From Chloroflexota bacterium (GTDB lineage: Bacteria; Chloroflexota; Dehalococcoidia; Lucifugimonadales; UBA3495), in contig JAQBVF010000021.1 in NCBI GenBank assembly GCA_027623675.1, positions 11,955-75,954 on the forward strand: DNA of 64,000 nt, written 5' to 3'. Both the position numbers and the translations under genes were made by a program. The notes under the pieces are model-generated. The model had not been told where the DNA came from, searched no databases, and saw only the letters and a program-made list of their open reading frames with translations. Below, one piece after another: positions 27,750 to 38,247 of this stretch; position 1 is the first letter of the stretch, and every line of letters begins with the position of its first letter.

Positions 27750-29585
27750 TTGACTAGCCAGACCGGACAAACCAAGACCGTGGAAGCCATCTACGATGAG
27801 AGCCTGGAGCTCTCCAAGAATTCTACAAGCATCATTCCCTTCCTGGACGACGAGATTGGGCGGTTGGAGGAGGAGGCAGCGGCTTTCGTGGCCGGCGAAA
27901 GGGAGAACACGGAATTTACGCCCTTCCGTCTGAAGCAGGGCGTCTACGGCCAGCGTCAGGCCGACGTGCAGATGATCCGGGTTAAGCTGCCCGGCGGTAT
28001 CATCACCACCGAAGCCATGGATACCCTGGGCACGTTCGCCGAGCAGTACGCCCCCCTGGGCAAGGGCCACATCACCACCAGGGAAAACTTCCAGTTCCAC
28101 CACGTCCCACTGGCCCAGTGCCCCGACGCCCTGAGACTGCTTGGTTCGGCTGGCCTGAGCACCCGCGAGGCCTGCGGCAACGTGGTGCGGAACGTGGTCG
28201 GCGCGCCTAGCTCCGGGATCTGCGCCTCCGAGGTCTTCGACCCCACGCCTTACCTGGCCGCCTACGTGCGCTTCGCCGTGCGCCATCCGATAACCCAAGC
28301 ATTCCCCCGCAAATTCAAGTCGGCTTTCACCGGCTGCGACGCCCACGACCATGTCGCCGCCGCCATCCAAGACCTGACCTACGTGTCACAGATCCGCGTG
28401 GAGAACGGCGTTGAGAAGCGCGGATTCAAGGTGTTTGTCGCCGGCGGGACGTCCATCATGCCCCGGCTGGCCAAACCTCTATACGACTTCCTGCCCGAGG
28501 AAGATTTCCTCCGGCTGGCCCTGGCCCTGTTCACCGTATTCAACAACGCCGACATGCTGCGCAAGAACCGCATGATGGCCCGCTTGAAGGTGCTGGTGGA
28601 CAAGATCGGCCTGGAAGAGTTCAAGGTCCTGGTCGAAGCCGAACTGGAAAAGATCGGACCCATCGACCCCAAGCCTTACATGCACGTTGAAGAATTGATG
28701 CGGGAGACCCCTCCCGAACTGGCCTCCAATGGCCATCACGACCATGACGGCGGCGATTACGCCAAATGGCGCGACACCAACGTCGAAGCACAGAAGCAAG
28801 AGGGCTACTACGCGGTACACGTGAAGCCCGAACGCGGCAACATCACCGCCGATCAGTTCCACGGCCTGGCCCGGATCATGGGCAAGTACACCGGCGGCCG
28901 GGCCCGCGCCAGCCAAGAGCAGAACCTGCTCCTGCGGTTCGTGCCCGAGCATCTGCTGCACGACGTCTGGTCCGAGCTTACCGACCTCGGCCTGGCGGAA
29001 CCCGATGCCAACAGCATCTCCAACGTGGTCTCCTGCCCCGGAACCGATAGCTGCAAACTGGGCATCACCTCCTCCATGGGACTGGCGGGGGCGCTCAAGC
29101 AGGAGATTCAAAGCTGGGACGGCCTGCTGGACGACCAGGGCGTCAACGACATCCGCATCAAGATGAGCGGTTGCCCCAACGGTTGCGGCCTGCACCACAT
29201 CGCCAATATCGGCTTCCACGGCGCCGCGGTGAAGGGCGCCGACGGCCAGCAGGTGCCCGCTTACGAGATGTTCTTGGGCGGCAACTACGGCGGCAGCAAT
29301 GTCCAGGATTCCCGCATCGGGACCCGGATCCCAAGGGTCAAGATTCCCGCGAAGTCGGTCCCCGGCGTGCTGAAGGACGTGGTCTCCTACTACAAGAACA
29401 ACCGCTCCGACGGCGAGAGCTTCAACCAGTTCTTGGACCGGGTGGGCGTGGAAGAGGTCTCCGCGGTTGCCACCAAGGCTCAAGACGCCGTGGCCGCCGC
29501 GACCCCAGGCTCCGACCTGTATATCGACTGGGAACGCTCCAACCTGTACAAGCTGGAGAGGGGCGAGGGCGAGTGCGCGGTCTAG
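27750..29585 (+). CDS. Ferredoxin-type sulfite/nitrite reductase hemoprotein (CysI/Sir-like)
   Basis: FRL.QGVYGQRQ, HITTR, REACGN.VRNV, PRKFK, SCPG...C, KMSGCPNGCG.H; GGAGG RBS before TTG 27750. Confidence 0.9.
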   Translation: MTSQTGQTKTVEAIYDESLELSKNSTSIIPFLDDEIGRLEEEAAAFVAGERENTEFTPFRLKQGVYGQRQADVQMIRVKLPGGIITTEAMDTLGTFAEQYAPLGKGHITTRENFQFHHVPLAQCPDALRLLGSAGLSTREACGNVVRNVVGAPSSGICASEVFDPTPYLAAYVRFAVRHPITQAFPRKFKSAFTGCDAHDHVAAAIQDLTYVSQIRVENGVEKRGFKVFVAGGTSIMPRLAKPLYDFLPEEDFLRLALALFTVFNNADMLRKNRMMARLKVLVDKIGLEEFKVLVEAELEKIGPIDPKPYMHVEELMRETPPELASNGHHDHDGGDYAKWRDTNVEAQKQEGYYAVHVKPERGNITADQFHGLARIMGKYTGGRARASQEQNLLLRFVPEHLLHDVWSELTDLGLAEPDANSISNVVSCPGTDSCKLGITSSMGLAGALKQEIQSWDGLLDDQGVNDIRIKMSGCPNGCGLHHIANIGFHGAAVKGADGQQVPAYEMFLGGNYGGSNVQDSRIGTRIPRVKIPAKSVPGVLKDVVSYYKNNRSDGESFNQFLDRVGVEEVSAVATKAQDAVAAATPGSDLYIDWERSNLYKLERGEGECAV

Positions 29586-29609
29586 AGACAGCCTCAGAGA
29601 CCAACTGAG

Positions 29610-30434
29610 TTGGCTCCTTCGCTGAAAGGTAAAACGATCGCTTATGTCGAGGCCCGCATGCTCTCTCAGATGGGGGCCTTGATTGAGCGTAACGGTGGCA
29701 CCCCCTACCCGGCCCCGGTGCTGCAGGAAGTACCACTGGGCGACACCCCCGAGGTGATTCGCCTGGTTGGCGACCTTTGCTCCGGCAAGGTGCAGGTTAT
29801 GGTCTTCCAGACCGGCGTTGGCACCCAAGCGCTCTTCGACAGCGCCGCCTCCCAGAGCCAGGAGGCCGAACTGTTGGGCGCCCTGGCCAGCGCCACCGTG
29901 ATTGCGCGCAGCCCCAAGCCGGCGGCGGTCTTGAGGCGGCACAAGGTCCACATCGACCAGATGCCCCCGGAGCCGTTCACCTCGGCGGACTTGATTTCCG
30001 CCATCCAAGAGTTGGACCTGGCCGGGAAAGAAGTGGCGATACAGGCCTATGGCGGTCCCAATAGTCTGCTGACCCAAACCCTCCAGCAGCGGGGCGCCAC
30101 CGTGCGCGAGGTCTCGCTCTACACCTGGGGCATACCCGAAGACATCACCCCGGTGCTGCGCCTGATCGATGCTCTGGAGAATGGCCGGATCGACGCCTTG
30201 GCCTTCACCAGCCAGCCACAGGTGGCCAACCTCCTGGCCATCGCAGCACAGGCCGGCAAGGAAGAATCGCTGAGGGAGATACTGAGCAATGGTCCCGTGG
30301 TAGTGGCGTCGGTGGGTCCCGTCTGCACCAAGCGCATGCTGGCCGCCGGATTCAGGGTGGACCTAGAGCCGGACCACCCCCACATGGGCAACCTGGTCTT
30401 GGCCTTGGCGGAACGGTTCGATCCCGGCGGGTAG
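29610..30434 (+). CDS. Uroporphyrinogen-III synthase (HemD-like)
   Basis: FQTGVG, AR.PKP, Y.W..P, FTSQPQV, SVGPV; follows a siroheme enzyme. Confidence 0.8.
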   Translation: MAPSLKGKTIAYVEARMLSQMGALIERNGGTPYPAPVLQEVPLGDTPEVIRLVGDLCSGKVQVMVFQTGVGTQALFDSAASQSQEAELLGALASATVIARSPKPAAVLRRHKVHIDQMPPEPFTSADLISAIQELDLAGKEVAIQAYGGPNSLLTQTLQQRGATVREVSLYTWGIPEDITPVLRLIDALENGRIDALAFTSQPQVANLLAIAAQAGKEESLREILSNGPVVVASVGPVCTKRMLAAGFRVDLEPDHPHMGNLVLALAERFDPGG

Positions 30435-30459
30435 GTCAGAAACCGGCACAGGCAGACAC

Positions 30460-30500
30460 AAAAGAAAAACGGGCGGATAACAACCGCCCGTTTTTCTTTT
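30460..30500. terminator. Bidirectional intrinsic terminator
   Basis: AAAAGAAAAACGGGCGG...CCGCCCGTTTTTCTTTT perfect inverted repeat between convergent genes. Confidence 0.9.
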
Positions 30501-30519
30501 CTCTAACCTGAAAGCCCAA

Positions 30520-30927
30520 TCAACTCTTTAGCCAACGTTTCAGCCGGTCCCACGGCGACTCTGGCGGGTCGTCGATCGACTCTCCTCGCCATCTCTTTTC
30601 CATGGCTATGTTCCGGGGAGTGATGAAGAAGAGTAGGTAACCTATCACCAACAGCGCCAGGCCAAGCCAAATCAGAACCCAGATCTGCAGCAGGGCCGTG
30701 ATGATGAAGACCATCAGCCCCGTCATCAGGATCTTTCCGGGGGTTATGGTGGGCCAGCGCCTGCCGGAGTTAGCAGAGACCGGGGCTCTTTCCGGCCTGG
30801 CCGCCCGCCGCACCGCTCTTGGGCGGTCTTCCAGGGGTTTTTCCGACTCCCCTGCCGCTTCTCCGAGGGCGTCTTCCCCGGCGTTCTTGAGGATTTCTTC
30901 GATCTCTTGTTCGTACTTGTCAGGCAT
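30520..30927 (-). CDS. Hypothetical membrane protein
   Basis: MPDKYEQEIEEIL start, two TM segments, EKRWRG tail. Confidence 0.7.
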   Translation of the reverse strand: MPDKYEQEIEEILKNAGEDALGEAAGESEKPLEDRPRAVRRAARPERAPVSANSGRRWPTITPGKILMTGLMVFIITALLQIWVLIWLGLALLVIGYLLFFITPRNIAMEKRWRGESIDDPPESPWDRLKRWLKS

Positions 30928-31156
30928 AAATGGTGGGTATCGCGTAATCCGGCCTAAATTTTTACTTAGGAATATCGCCACGCAGAACATTGCCTCGGGA
31001 GCCGCCCGGTCTGGCAATCTGCGGTTACCACACCACCCACATGCACGCACGATTAACACCATGATTATACCGCACAATCGGGCAAGCGGGAACCCGAAAG
31101 GCCAATCTTACCCAGGCACGGACCAAAGGTTTCGGAGCGCCTAGGAGAGGGGAGGA

Positions 31157-31840
31157 TCAGCCGCCTTTTGCCCGTACTTCCGTGCCCCCCATGTAGCGCC
31201 CAAAGCGGCCGGTGACCATGAATATCACCCGCTCGCAGATGTTTGTCGCCCGGTCGGCGATGCGCTCCAGATCGTGGGCAACCCAGAGGAAATGGGTTGC
31301 CGCCTCAATGGTCTGGGGGTGACGCGCCATGTCCAGAAATATCTGGTGGCAGACACCGTCATAGAGGGCATCCACAGCGTCGTCCGAGTCCCAAACATCG
31401 TTGGCCAAGAAGGTGTCTTGTTCCACCAGAGACGTCAAACTTCGTTTTAGCATGGTGATGCCCATCTGGGACATCTGATGCAGCTGTGGGGGTATCTCCA
31501 CGGGGACATCGTCGCCGATGATCATGCAGATCTTGCCGATCCCTTCGGCGTAGTCGCCCATCCGCTCCAACTCCACGGCGACGTGCAGTACGGTCAGCAG
31601 GGTGCGCAGATCGATGGCCAGCGGCTGTTGCGTGGCGATGAGATTGATGCACTTCTCTTCCAGCTCAAAGCGCTTCTCGTCAATGAGGTCGTCTTCATTC
31701 ACAACCTCGTAGGCCACCGCCAGGTCCCGGCGCTCAAAGGCGTCCATCGCCTTGGTTATGGCTTTTTCCACCATCTCGCCCAGGCCAACCAATTCGGCCT
31801 GAAGTTCCTCTAGACTCCGATCAAAATCAGCCCTGACCAT
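31157..31840 (-). CDS. phoU: Phosphate signalling protein PhoU (pst operon)
   Basis: QQPLA.DLR, ELERMGDYA, LERIADRATNICE. Confidence 0.95.
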   Translation of the reverse strand: MVRADFDRSLEELQAELVGLGEMVEKAITKAMDAFERRDLAVAYEVVNEDDLIDEKRFELEEKCINLIATQQPLAIDLRTLLTVLHVAVELERMGDYAEGIGKICMIIGDDVPVEIPPQLHQMSQMGITMLKRSLTSLVEQDTFLANDVWDSDDAVDALYDGVCHQIFLDMARHPQTIEAATHFLWVAHDLERIADRATNICERVIFMVTGRFGRYMGGTEVRAKGG

Positions 31841-31854
31841 AGCCCCTCCCCGAC

Positions 31855-32631
31855 TTATCCGAACCTGCCGGTTATGTACGCCTCAGTCCGTTCGTCCTCC
31901 GGGTTGGTGAATATCTGCGTACTCTCCCCAAACTCTACCATGAATCCGACTCTGGCCTCTTCAACCATCAGAAAGGCGGTGTAGTTGGAGACGCGGGCCG
32001 CCTGCTGCATGTTGTGGGTCACGATGATGATCGAATATTCCTCGGACAACTCCCGCATCAATTCTTCGATGGCCAGGGTGGCGATGGGGTCCAGGGCCGA
32101 ACATGGCTCGTCCATCAAGATAACCCTGGGCTCGACCGCAAGGGCGCGGGCGATGCATAGCCGCTGCTGCTGGCCGCCGGAGAGGGACAGTCCGCTGGCT
32201 TTCAAGCGGTCCTTGACCTCGTCCCACAGGGCCGCCCGGCGCAGCGATCTCTCCACAAGTTCGTCCATGTCGCCCTTGAAGCCATTGATGCGAGGGCCGA
32301 ACGCCACGTTGTCGTAGATCGATTTGGGGAAGGGGTTTGGCCGCTGGAAAACCATGCCGATGAGGTAGCGTATCTCTGTTGGGTCGACACCAGGACCGTA
32401 GAGGTCGCGGCCGTCGAACAACACCTGGCCCTGAACGCTGGCCGAAGGTATCAGGTCGTTCATCCGGTTGAAGCACCGCAGCAGGGTGCTCTTGCCGCAG
32501 CCCGACGGACCGATGATGGCCGTGATGCGGTTTCGCGCCACGTCCAGATTAACATCGGTAATAACCTTTTTATCGCCATAAAAGACGCTCAGACCCCGGC
32601 TTTGAAGGATCGTGTCTAACTGCTGGACCAT
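31855..32631 (-). CDS. pstB: Phosphate ABC transporter ATPase
   Basis: [37 protein letters not shown]. Confidence 0.97.
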   Translation of the reverse strand: MVQQLDTILQSRGLSVFYGDKKVITDVNLDVARNRITAIIGPSGCGKSTLLRCFNRMNDLIPSASVQGQVLFDGRDLYGPGVDPTEIRYLIGMVFQRPNPFPKSIYDNVAFGPRINGFKGDMDELVERSLRRAALWDEVKDRLKASGLSLSGGQQQRLCIARALAVEPRVILMDEPCSALDPIATLAIEELMRELSEEYSIIIVTHNMQQAARVSNYTAFLMVEEARVGFMVEFGESTQIFTNPEDERTEAYITGRFG

Positions 32632-32676
32632 CTATCTCTCAGACTTTCCTTCGATGAATCGCTGCTCTCGCACTAC

Positions 32677-33561
32677 TTATCCTTCCCACTTGTTCTGGAA
32701 TCGGTTGCGGATTATCACTGCGCCGGCGTTCATAACCAACAAGATCGCCAACAAAACGATTATACCGGCGGCCGCGGTCTCCTGGAATCCCGCCTGGGGC
32801 CGGGAGGTCCAGTTGAATATCTGGATCGGCAGCACCGTGAACCGGCTGAACGGGCTGTCGGGCGTGAACGGGACGAAGGTCAGCGCGCCCATGGCGATGA
32901 GCGGCGCAGTCTCACCGATGGCCCGGCTGACGGCCAGAATCACGCCGGTCATGATACCTGGGATGGCCTGTGGAACCACCGTATGCCAGACGACCTGCCA
33001 ACGTGTGGCGCCCAGCGCGTAGGACCCCTCCCGCAAGGACGGCGGCACGGCGCGAATGGCTTCCCCTGCCGCCACGATCACGATGGGCAGCACCAGCAGC
33101 GCCAGTGTGAACCCGCCGGCCAGCACGCTCTTGCCCAAGGCCATGCTCCGCACGAAGATCTCCAGGCCCAAGATGCCGTAGACGATCGAGGGCACACCGG
33201 CCAGATTGGCGATGTTGATCTTCGCTATGCGGGCAAACTTACTGCGGGCGGCGTACTCCTCCAGATATAAGGCCGTCGCCACGCCCAGGGTGAACGCCAC
33301 CACCCCGGCTACGATGACCACGTAGATGCTTCCCAGCATGGCGGCCTTGATCCCAGCTTCTTCGGGGTGCCGCGAGGCGAAACTGGTCAGGAAACTCCAG
33401 TCGATGCGGGTGACTCCCTGGACCAGCAGGTAAACCAAGAGCACCGCCAGCATGGCCAATGCGATGATCACCGCCGCCAAACACAGGGCATGGAACGCCC
33501 GTCCCATCCACTTGCGGCGATTCCTTACCCGGTCGAAATCCCTCTGGGAGATCACCGCCAT
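32677..33561 (-). CDS. pstA: Phosphate ABC transporter permease
   Basis: NLAGVPSIVYG, ALGATRWQ, RAIGETAPL. Confidence 0.95.
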   Translation of the reverse strand: MAVISQRDFDRVRNRRKWMGRAFHALCLAAVIIALAMLAVLLVYLLVQGVTRIDWSFLTSFASRHPEEAGIKAAMLGSIYVVIVAGVVAFTLGVATALYLEEYAARSKFARIAKINIANLAGVPSIVYGILGLEIFVRSMALGKSVLAGGFTLALLVLPIVIVAAGEAIRAVPPSLREGSYALGATRWQVVWHTVVPQAIPGIMTGVILAVSRAIGETAPLIAMGALTFVPFTPDSPFSRFTVLPIQIFNWTSRPQAGFQETAAAGIIVLLAILLVMNAGAVIIRNRFQNKWEG

Positions 33562-34511
33562 TACTCGTATTCCTCCCGGAACCGGCTGACCACGTATTGG
33601 CTGAGCAGGTTCATCATCAAGGTGATGGTGAACAGCAGCAGCGCCACGGCGAAGATGGTCTTGAATTCTATGGACCCAGCCGGCACGTCACCCTGACTGA
33701 CCTGGACGATATAGGCCGTCATGGTCTCGATGGGAACGAAGGGGTTGAGAGTGAAGCTGGGATTCTGTCCGGCGGCGATGGTCACGATCATCGTCTCGCC
33801 GATGGCCCGGGAGATGGCCAGGATGAAGGCCGAGACGATGCCCGAGAGCGCGGCCGGCACCACCACCAACGTGGAGACCTCCAGCTTGGTCGACCCCAGG
33901 GCGTAGGCGCCCTCGCGCAGGCTCCTTGGCACCGAGCGCATGGCGTCCTCGCTGAGACTGGAGACCATTGGCAGGATCATAAATCCCATGACTATCGCCG
34001 CGCTAAGGGCGTTGAATACCGATATGTCGTCGGATATCCCCCGGAGGATGGGAGTCACAAACAGCAGGGCGAAGTAGCCATAGACCACGGTGGGAATCCC
34101 GGCCAGCACCTCCAAGATGGGCTTGATGCTGCGGCGCACCGGGTCGGGGGCGTACTCACTAAGGTAGATGGCGCTCAGCAGGCCCAGGGGCAGCGCCAAC
34201 AGCATGGCCATCGCCGACGTTAGGGTCGTCCCCGCCACCAGGGCGAGAACGCCGAATTGCTTGGAGGAGAATAGTGGCGTCCAGCGGGTGCCGGTGATGA
34301 ATTCGAGGAACGATACTTCGGTGAAGAAGGAGATTGCTTCAAACAGCAGAACGGCTACGATGCCGACCGTGACCAGGATAGACAGGAAAGCGCTCAGGAA
34401 CAGGGTAATGGCTATCAAGCGCTCCGGAAGCACTCTCTTCCAACCGCTGCGCGAACCGTGGCCGGCGCGCGGTCCCTGGCCCAGGGGCGGCCCCAATATC
34501 GTCCTAGCCAA
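33561..34511 (-). CDS. pstC: Phosphate ABC transporter permease
   Basis: [26 protein letters not shown]. Confidence 0.95.
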   Translation of the reverse strand: MARTILGPPLGQGPRAGHGSRSGWKRVLPERLIAITLFLSAFLSILVTVGIVAVLLFEAISFFTEVSFLEFITGTRWTPLFSSKQFGVLALVAGTTLTSAMAMLLALPLGLLSAIYLSEYAPDPVRRSIKPILEVLAGIPTVVYGYFALLFVTPILRGISDDISVFNALSAAIVMGFMILPMVSSLSEDAMRSVPRSLREGAYALGSTKLEVSTLVVVPAALSGIVSAFILAISRAIGETMIVTIAAGQNPSFTLNPFVPIETMTAYIVQVSQGDVPAGSIEFKTIFAVALLLFTITLMMNLLSQYVVSRFREEYE

Positions 34512-34673
34512 TCCTAAACGCGCTCTTGCCGGCGGGCTGCATCGGTCGAAGATGAAGGCTCTGGCAACTTCACAAGCATAGGTTTTGGCATCCTATGGTC
34601 CCATCCTACGGCTCAAAGTATACCCCATTATCATAGCCTCCAAGCGGCGCCAGAGTCTCCGATGGCGCACCGG

Positions 34674-35729
34674 TCATTTATTCGCTTCCAGTATCTCTTG
34701 AACGGTTCCCTTCTGGGGGTTCGCGCCGCCGAATAGGGACCCGGTCAGGCCTCGCTCGAATCGGTCCAGCACCAATCGGTGAATCTCTTTTGGAAATGGC
34801 ACGAAACCCAGATTCTTGAGCAGTTCGGACCGCTCGTCGCTCAGGTAATAGCTGACAAAGTCCTTTACAACCTGGTCCTCCCACGCCGTTTTGGAGACGT
34901 AGATGAACAGTGGGCGGGACAGCGGGGTGTACGAAGCGTTGTTGATGGTTTCGTCGGTGGGAAATACGCAGCCGTCGCCGTTGTCGATGCCTACCATCTT
35001 CAATTTATCTTGGTTCTCAACGAAGAACGAATAGCCAAAATACCCCAGGCTGCTCCGGTCTCCCGCGATCCCCTGCACCAGAACGTTGTCCCTTTCACTG
35101 GAGGTGAAATCTCCTCGGGAAGCCTGGGACCTCCCGTTCACGGTCTCGGTGAAGTAATCGAACGTGCCCGAATCCGCTCCGGGCCCATAAAGCCTCAGGC
35201 TTTCGTCTGGCCAACCGGGGCGCACCTGGCTCCAGCGGTCAATCTTGCCCTCCGCCTCCGGCCTCCACATGGTATGAAGTTCCTCGACGGTCACGCAATC
35301 AACGAATCCGTTATCCGGGTTGACCGCCACAGTGATGCCGTCGATGGCCACTGGAAGCTCGATGAATTCCACCCCAGCATCCGCGCACTTCGCCTCTTCG
35401 CTGGGCTTGATGGGCCTTGAGGCGTTGTTGATGTCGGTCTCGCCGTTGCAGAATTTCTTGAAACCACCGCCCGTGCCAGAGATGCCGATCACCAGCCGGG
35501 CCGACCCTCCGATGGAATCTCCCCAGTCTTCCACCATGGCCTCGGTGATGGGAAATACGGTGCTGGAGCCGTCGATATCCGTGGTCCCGGACCCGCAGGC
35601 CACCGCCAGCACGGCGATGGCACAAAAAAAAGCCACTCCCCAGGCTTTCCGGCCGGAAGGGCGGCTCAAGATACGGTTCCAACTGGTCATACCAGCGACG
35701 ATTATATGACGCCCAAATGGGCGGCGCAA
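34674..35729 (-). CDS. pstS: Phosphate-binding lipoprotein PstS (start uncertain)
   Basis: Lipobox LAVAC, IDGSSTVFPI, GTGGGFKKFC, SGTFDYF, Y.PLSRPLFIY. Confidence 0.93.
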   Translation of the reverse strand: MRRPFGRHIIVAGMTSWNRILSRPSGRKAWGVAFFCAIAVLAVACGSGTTDIDGSSTVFPITEAMVEDWGDSIGGSARLVIGISGTGGGFKKFCNGETDINNASRPIKPSEEAKCADAGVEFIELPVAIDGITVAVNPDNGFVDCVTVEELHTMWRPEAEGKIDRWSQVRPGWPDESLRLYGPGADSGTFDYFTETVNGRSQASRGDFTSSERDNVLVQGIAGDRSSLGYFGYSFFVENQDKLKMVGIDNGDGCVFPTDETINNASYTPLSRPLFIYVSKTAWEDQVVKDFVSYYLSDERSELLKNLGFVPFPKEIHRLVLDRFERGLTGSLFGGANPQKGTVQEILEANK

Positions 35730-35853
35730 TAGGCTTCCAGGACCAATCTTCAGGCGTTGCTTGTATACTTGTAGCTACCACGCTGCCAGCGCCTAGTTTT
35801 GGCCCGTCAATCTTGGACCAAAGGGCGCGGCATGTAAACTTGAGGTTATCGAA

Positions 35854-36882
35854 TTGAGTCAAAAACTTGATCTAAGCGTCGTGGACCAATCGCCGGTGCG
35901 TGCCGGCGAATCCGCGGGCCAGGCGCTGCGCGACACCATCGCATTGGCGGTGGAAGTGGAAAAGATGGGCTACCACCGGTATTGGTTGGCGGAGCACCAT
36001 AGCCTGCCCAACTTCGCCGGCACCAGCCCCGAGATACTGATCGGCCAGGTCGCCGCCCACACCAAGTCGATCCGAGTGGGCAGCGGCGGCGTTATGCTCT
36101 CCCATTACAGCGCTCTCAAGGTCGCCGAAAACTTCCGCATGCTGGGCGCGCTCTATCCCGGACGCATCGACCTGGGAATCGGGCGGGCCCCCGGAAGCGA
36201 CCAAGTCACCGCCGCCGCCCTGTCGTTCCCCGGACAGCCCAAGGAGATACGTCACTTCCCGAGGCAGGTGGTTGACCTGCTGGGATTCTTGAACAACAAC
36301 TTGGAAGACACCCATTTCTTCTCCAACATCACCGCCGGTCCGGGCGAGCCAGAGGTCCCCGACGTTTGGCTGCTGGGTTCGCGGTACGAAAGCGCGAACA
36401 TGGCGGCCCAGTTGGGTCTGCCCTTCGCCTACGCTCATTTCTTCGGCATCGCCGTGGAAGAGGGGCCGGCCGTGGTGGAGAACTACAGGAAGAACTATCA
36501 GCCTTCGGAGCGTTTCCCCGAGCCGATGGTCAATGTCGGCGTCCACGTGGTCTGTGCTCAAACCGATGAGGAAGCGCAGAGACTGGCCGCCAGCCGCAAC
36601 CTGGCCCGGCTGTTCAACGTCACCGGGCGGGCCAGCGGCATACCCTCTCCCGAAGACGCGGCCACCTACCTGTACCGGCCCGAGGAAGCGGCCTTCGTCC
36701 AGCAGTATCAGAATGTATGCGTTGACGGCGAGCCTCGACGGGTCAAAGAGGGCCTCGAACATATCGCCGAGATGTACCAGACCAACGACCTGAGCGTGGT
36801 CACTATCACCCACGGCTTGGCTGAGCGGATCAACTCCTACCGGTTGGTGGCTGAAGCCTGCGGTCTAACGCCGCTGGAGTAG
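35854..36882 (+). CDS. LLM-class flavin-dependent oxidoreductase
   Basis: YWLAEHH, IRVGSGGVML.HY, RIDLGIGRAPG. Confidence 0.92.
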   Translation: MSQKLDLSVVDQSPVRAGESAGQALRDTIALAVEVEKMGYHRYWLAEHHSLPNFAGTSPEILIGQVAAHTKSIRVGSGGVMLSHYSALKVAENFRMLGALYPGRIDLGIGRAPGSDQVTAAALSFPGQPKEIRHFPRQVVDLLGFLNNNLEDTHFFSNITAGPGEPEVPDVWLLGSRYESANMAAQLGLPFAYAHFFGIAVEEGPAVVENYRKNYQPSERFPEPMVNVGVHVVCAQTDEEAQRLAASRNLARLFNVTGRASGIPSPEDAATYLYRPEEAAFVQQYQNVCVDGEPRRVKEGLEHIAEMYQTNDLSVVTITHGLAERINSYRLVAEACGLTPLE

Positions 36883-37064
36883 GGCGAAATGGCGGATGAT
36901 CTGGTCGGCGATACCCAGATTAGTTGGCCACCGTCAGCGCCCTCATCTCCGACTACGTCGAGCGTCACACGGATGCATCGGAGGACCTAACTTTCCACTT
37001 TTGGGAGCCTTGCCCTAGAAGTAACGGTCGTGAACGGTCTAGGGTATGAAACGTACTCATTCAA

Positions 37065-37144
37065 TGTCACCCCGAGTCCTTCCGGTGAAGGGCGAGGGGT
37101 CTGGCACGTTGATGCTCGGCAGATTCTTCGTGCCTCAGAATGAC
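37065..37144 (-). repeat. Palindromic REP/MITE-like element, family 2, copy 2
   Basis: Reverse complement GTCATTCTGAGGCACGAAGAATCTGCC...GAAGGACTCGGGGTGACA matches 24836-24924. Confidence 0.8.
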
Positions 37145-37200
37145 GTTCTCAAGAGCCGAGTTCTCGCAAGTAAAGGGTTCCAAGCGGGCCAATTTAGCGC

Positions 37201-38199
37201 TTAAGCGTTGGGCGCCAGCGCGTTGATGACGTGCATGTGAGAGGTCATGTTGTCGCCCACGGCGAAGGGCGCGATGACCGGCAGTTGTAGTCCGGCGGCG
37301 CGGCGTTTCTCCAGGGCGGCGCGGCATTCCGCCACGGTTCCCACGATGGCCACCTGGTCTTGCATCTCTTCCGTGATGGACTCGGCGGCCTTGTCCAGGT
37401 TGCCCTCGGCTAACGCGGCAGCGGCGGCGGACATCTCCTTGTCGAACCCGGTCTCCTTGAAGAAGTTGCAGTAGAAAGGGTTGCTCGCGTAACGGGCGAC
37501 CTGACGCCGCAGCGAGTCCCGGGACGCCGATACGTCATCGCCTACCGCGACCCGCACGTAGCCCGCGATGTCGATCTCCTTGGGGTCCCGGCCGGCCTTC
37601 TCGGTGCCCCGTTTGATGTGTCCAACGGCCTCGGCCAGGTAGTCCACCGCCGTCCAGTTCATCAGCACGCCGTCGCAAAGCTCCCCGGCCATCTCCAGCA
37701 TCTGGGGACCCAGGGCCGCGATGTAGATGGGCACCTTGGTCTTGGGGGTGGCCGCCCCCATGGACGCGCCGGTGACCTTAAAGTGCTTGCCAGGGAAGTT
37801 GACCTCGGCCCCCGACAACAATCCCTTTACGATCTGGATGGTCTCCCGCATGCGGGTCATGGGCTGCCTGAAGACAACGCCGTCCCGGCTCTCCACGGTT
37901 GGCCGGTGGCCGACGCCCAGTCCCAGCATGAAACGGCCATTCGAGACCGCCGCCATTCCGGCCGCGCCCATGGCCGTGTTGGTCGGCGTGCGGGCGAAGA
38001 TGGGCAGGATGCCCGTGCCCAGCATGACCCGCTCGGTCTTCATGGCGATGGTTGCCAGTGAAGTAAGGGAGTCCCGGCCGCCGCCCTCCGGCACCCAGAC
38101 GGCATCGAAGCCGTTGCGCTCAGCCTGAGAGGCCAACACTTGGTAATCCTGGGGGGACAGCGTGGGGTCGTTTTCCAGACGCACACCGAATCGGGCCAT
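37201..38199 (-). CDS. LLM-class (Mer-like, possibly F420-dependent) oxidoreductase
   Basis: W.PE, LGTGILPI..R.P, GRF.LGLG, IYIAALGP.ML..AGE..DG. Confidence 0.88.
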   Translation of the reverse strand: MARFGVRLENDPTLSPQDYQVLASQAERNGFDAVWVPEGGGRDSLTSLATIAMKTERVMLGTGILPIFARTPTNTAMGAAGMAAVSNGRFMLGLGVGHRPTVESRDGVVFRQPMTRMRETIQIVKGLLSGAEVNFPGKHFKVTGASMGAATPKTKVPIYIAALGPQMLEMAGELCDGVLMNWTAVDYLAEAVGHIKRGTEKAGRDPKEIDIAGYVRVAVGDDVSASRDSLRRQVARYASNPFYCNFFKETGFDKEMSAAAAALAEGNLDKAAESITEEMQDQVAIVGTVAECRAALEKRRAAGLQLPVIAPFAVGDNMTSHMHVINALAPNA

Positions 38200-38247
38200 G
38201 ATCGCTCCTTACAGAGTCTGTAGGGGGTTTGTGGTTTGCGCGCCTGT

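Noticed and set aside
28479..30077. 532-aa antisense ORF and many similar long shadow ORFs (e.g. 7861-8940, 12562-13503, 35872-36813, 40500-41498)
   Set aside because: They lie opposite well-supported genes and are the expected stop-poor antisense frames of GC3-rich coding DNA; no motifs
35730..35853. Pho box upstream of pstS
   Set aside because: No convincing 11-bp-spaced direct repeat found
36883..37064. Possible gene remnants in intergenic gaps (also 58080-58185)
   Set aside because: Short coding-like stretches without recognisable family motifs
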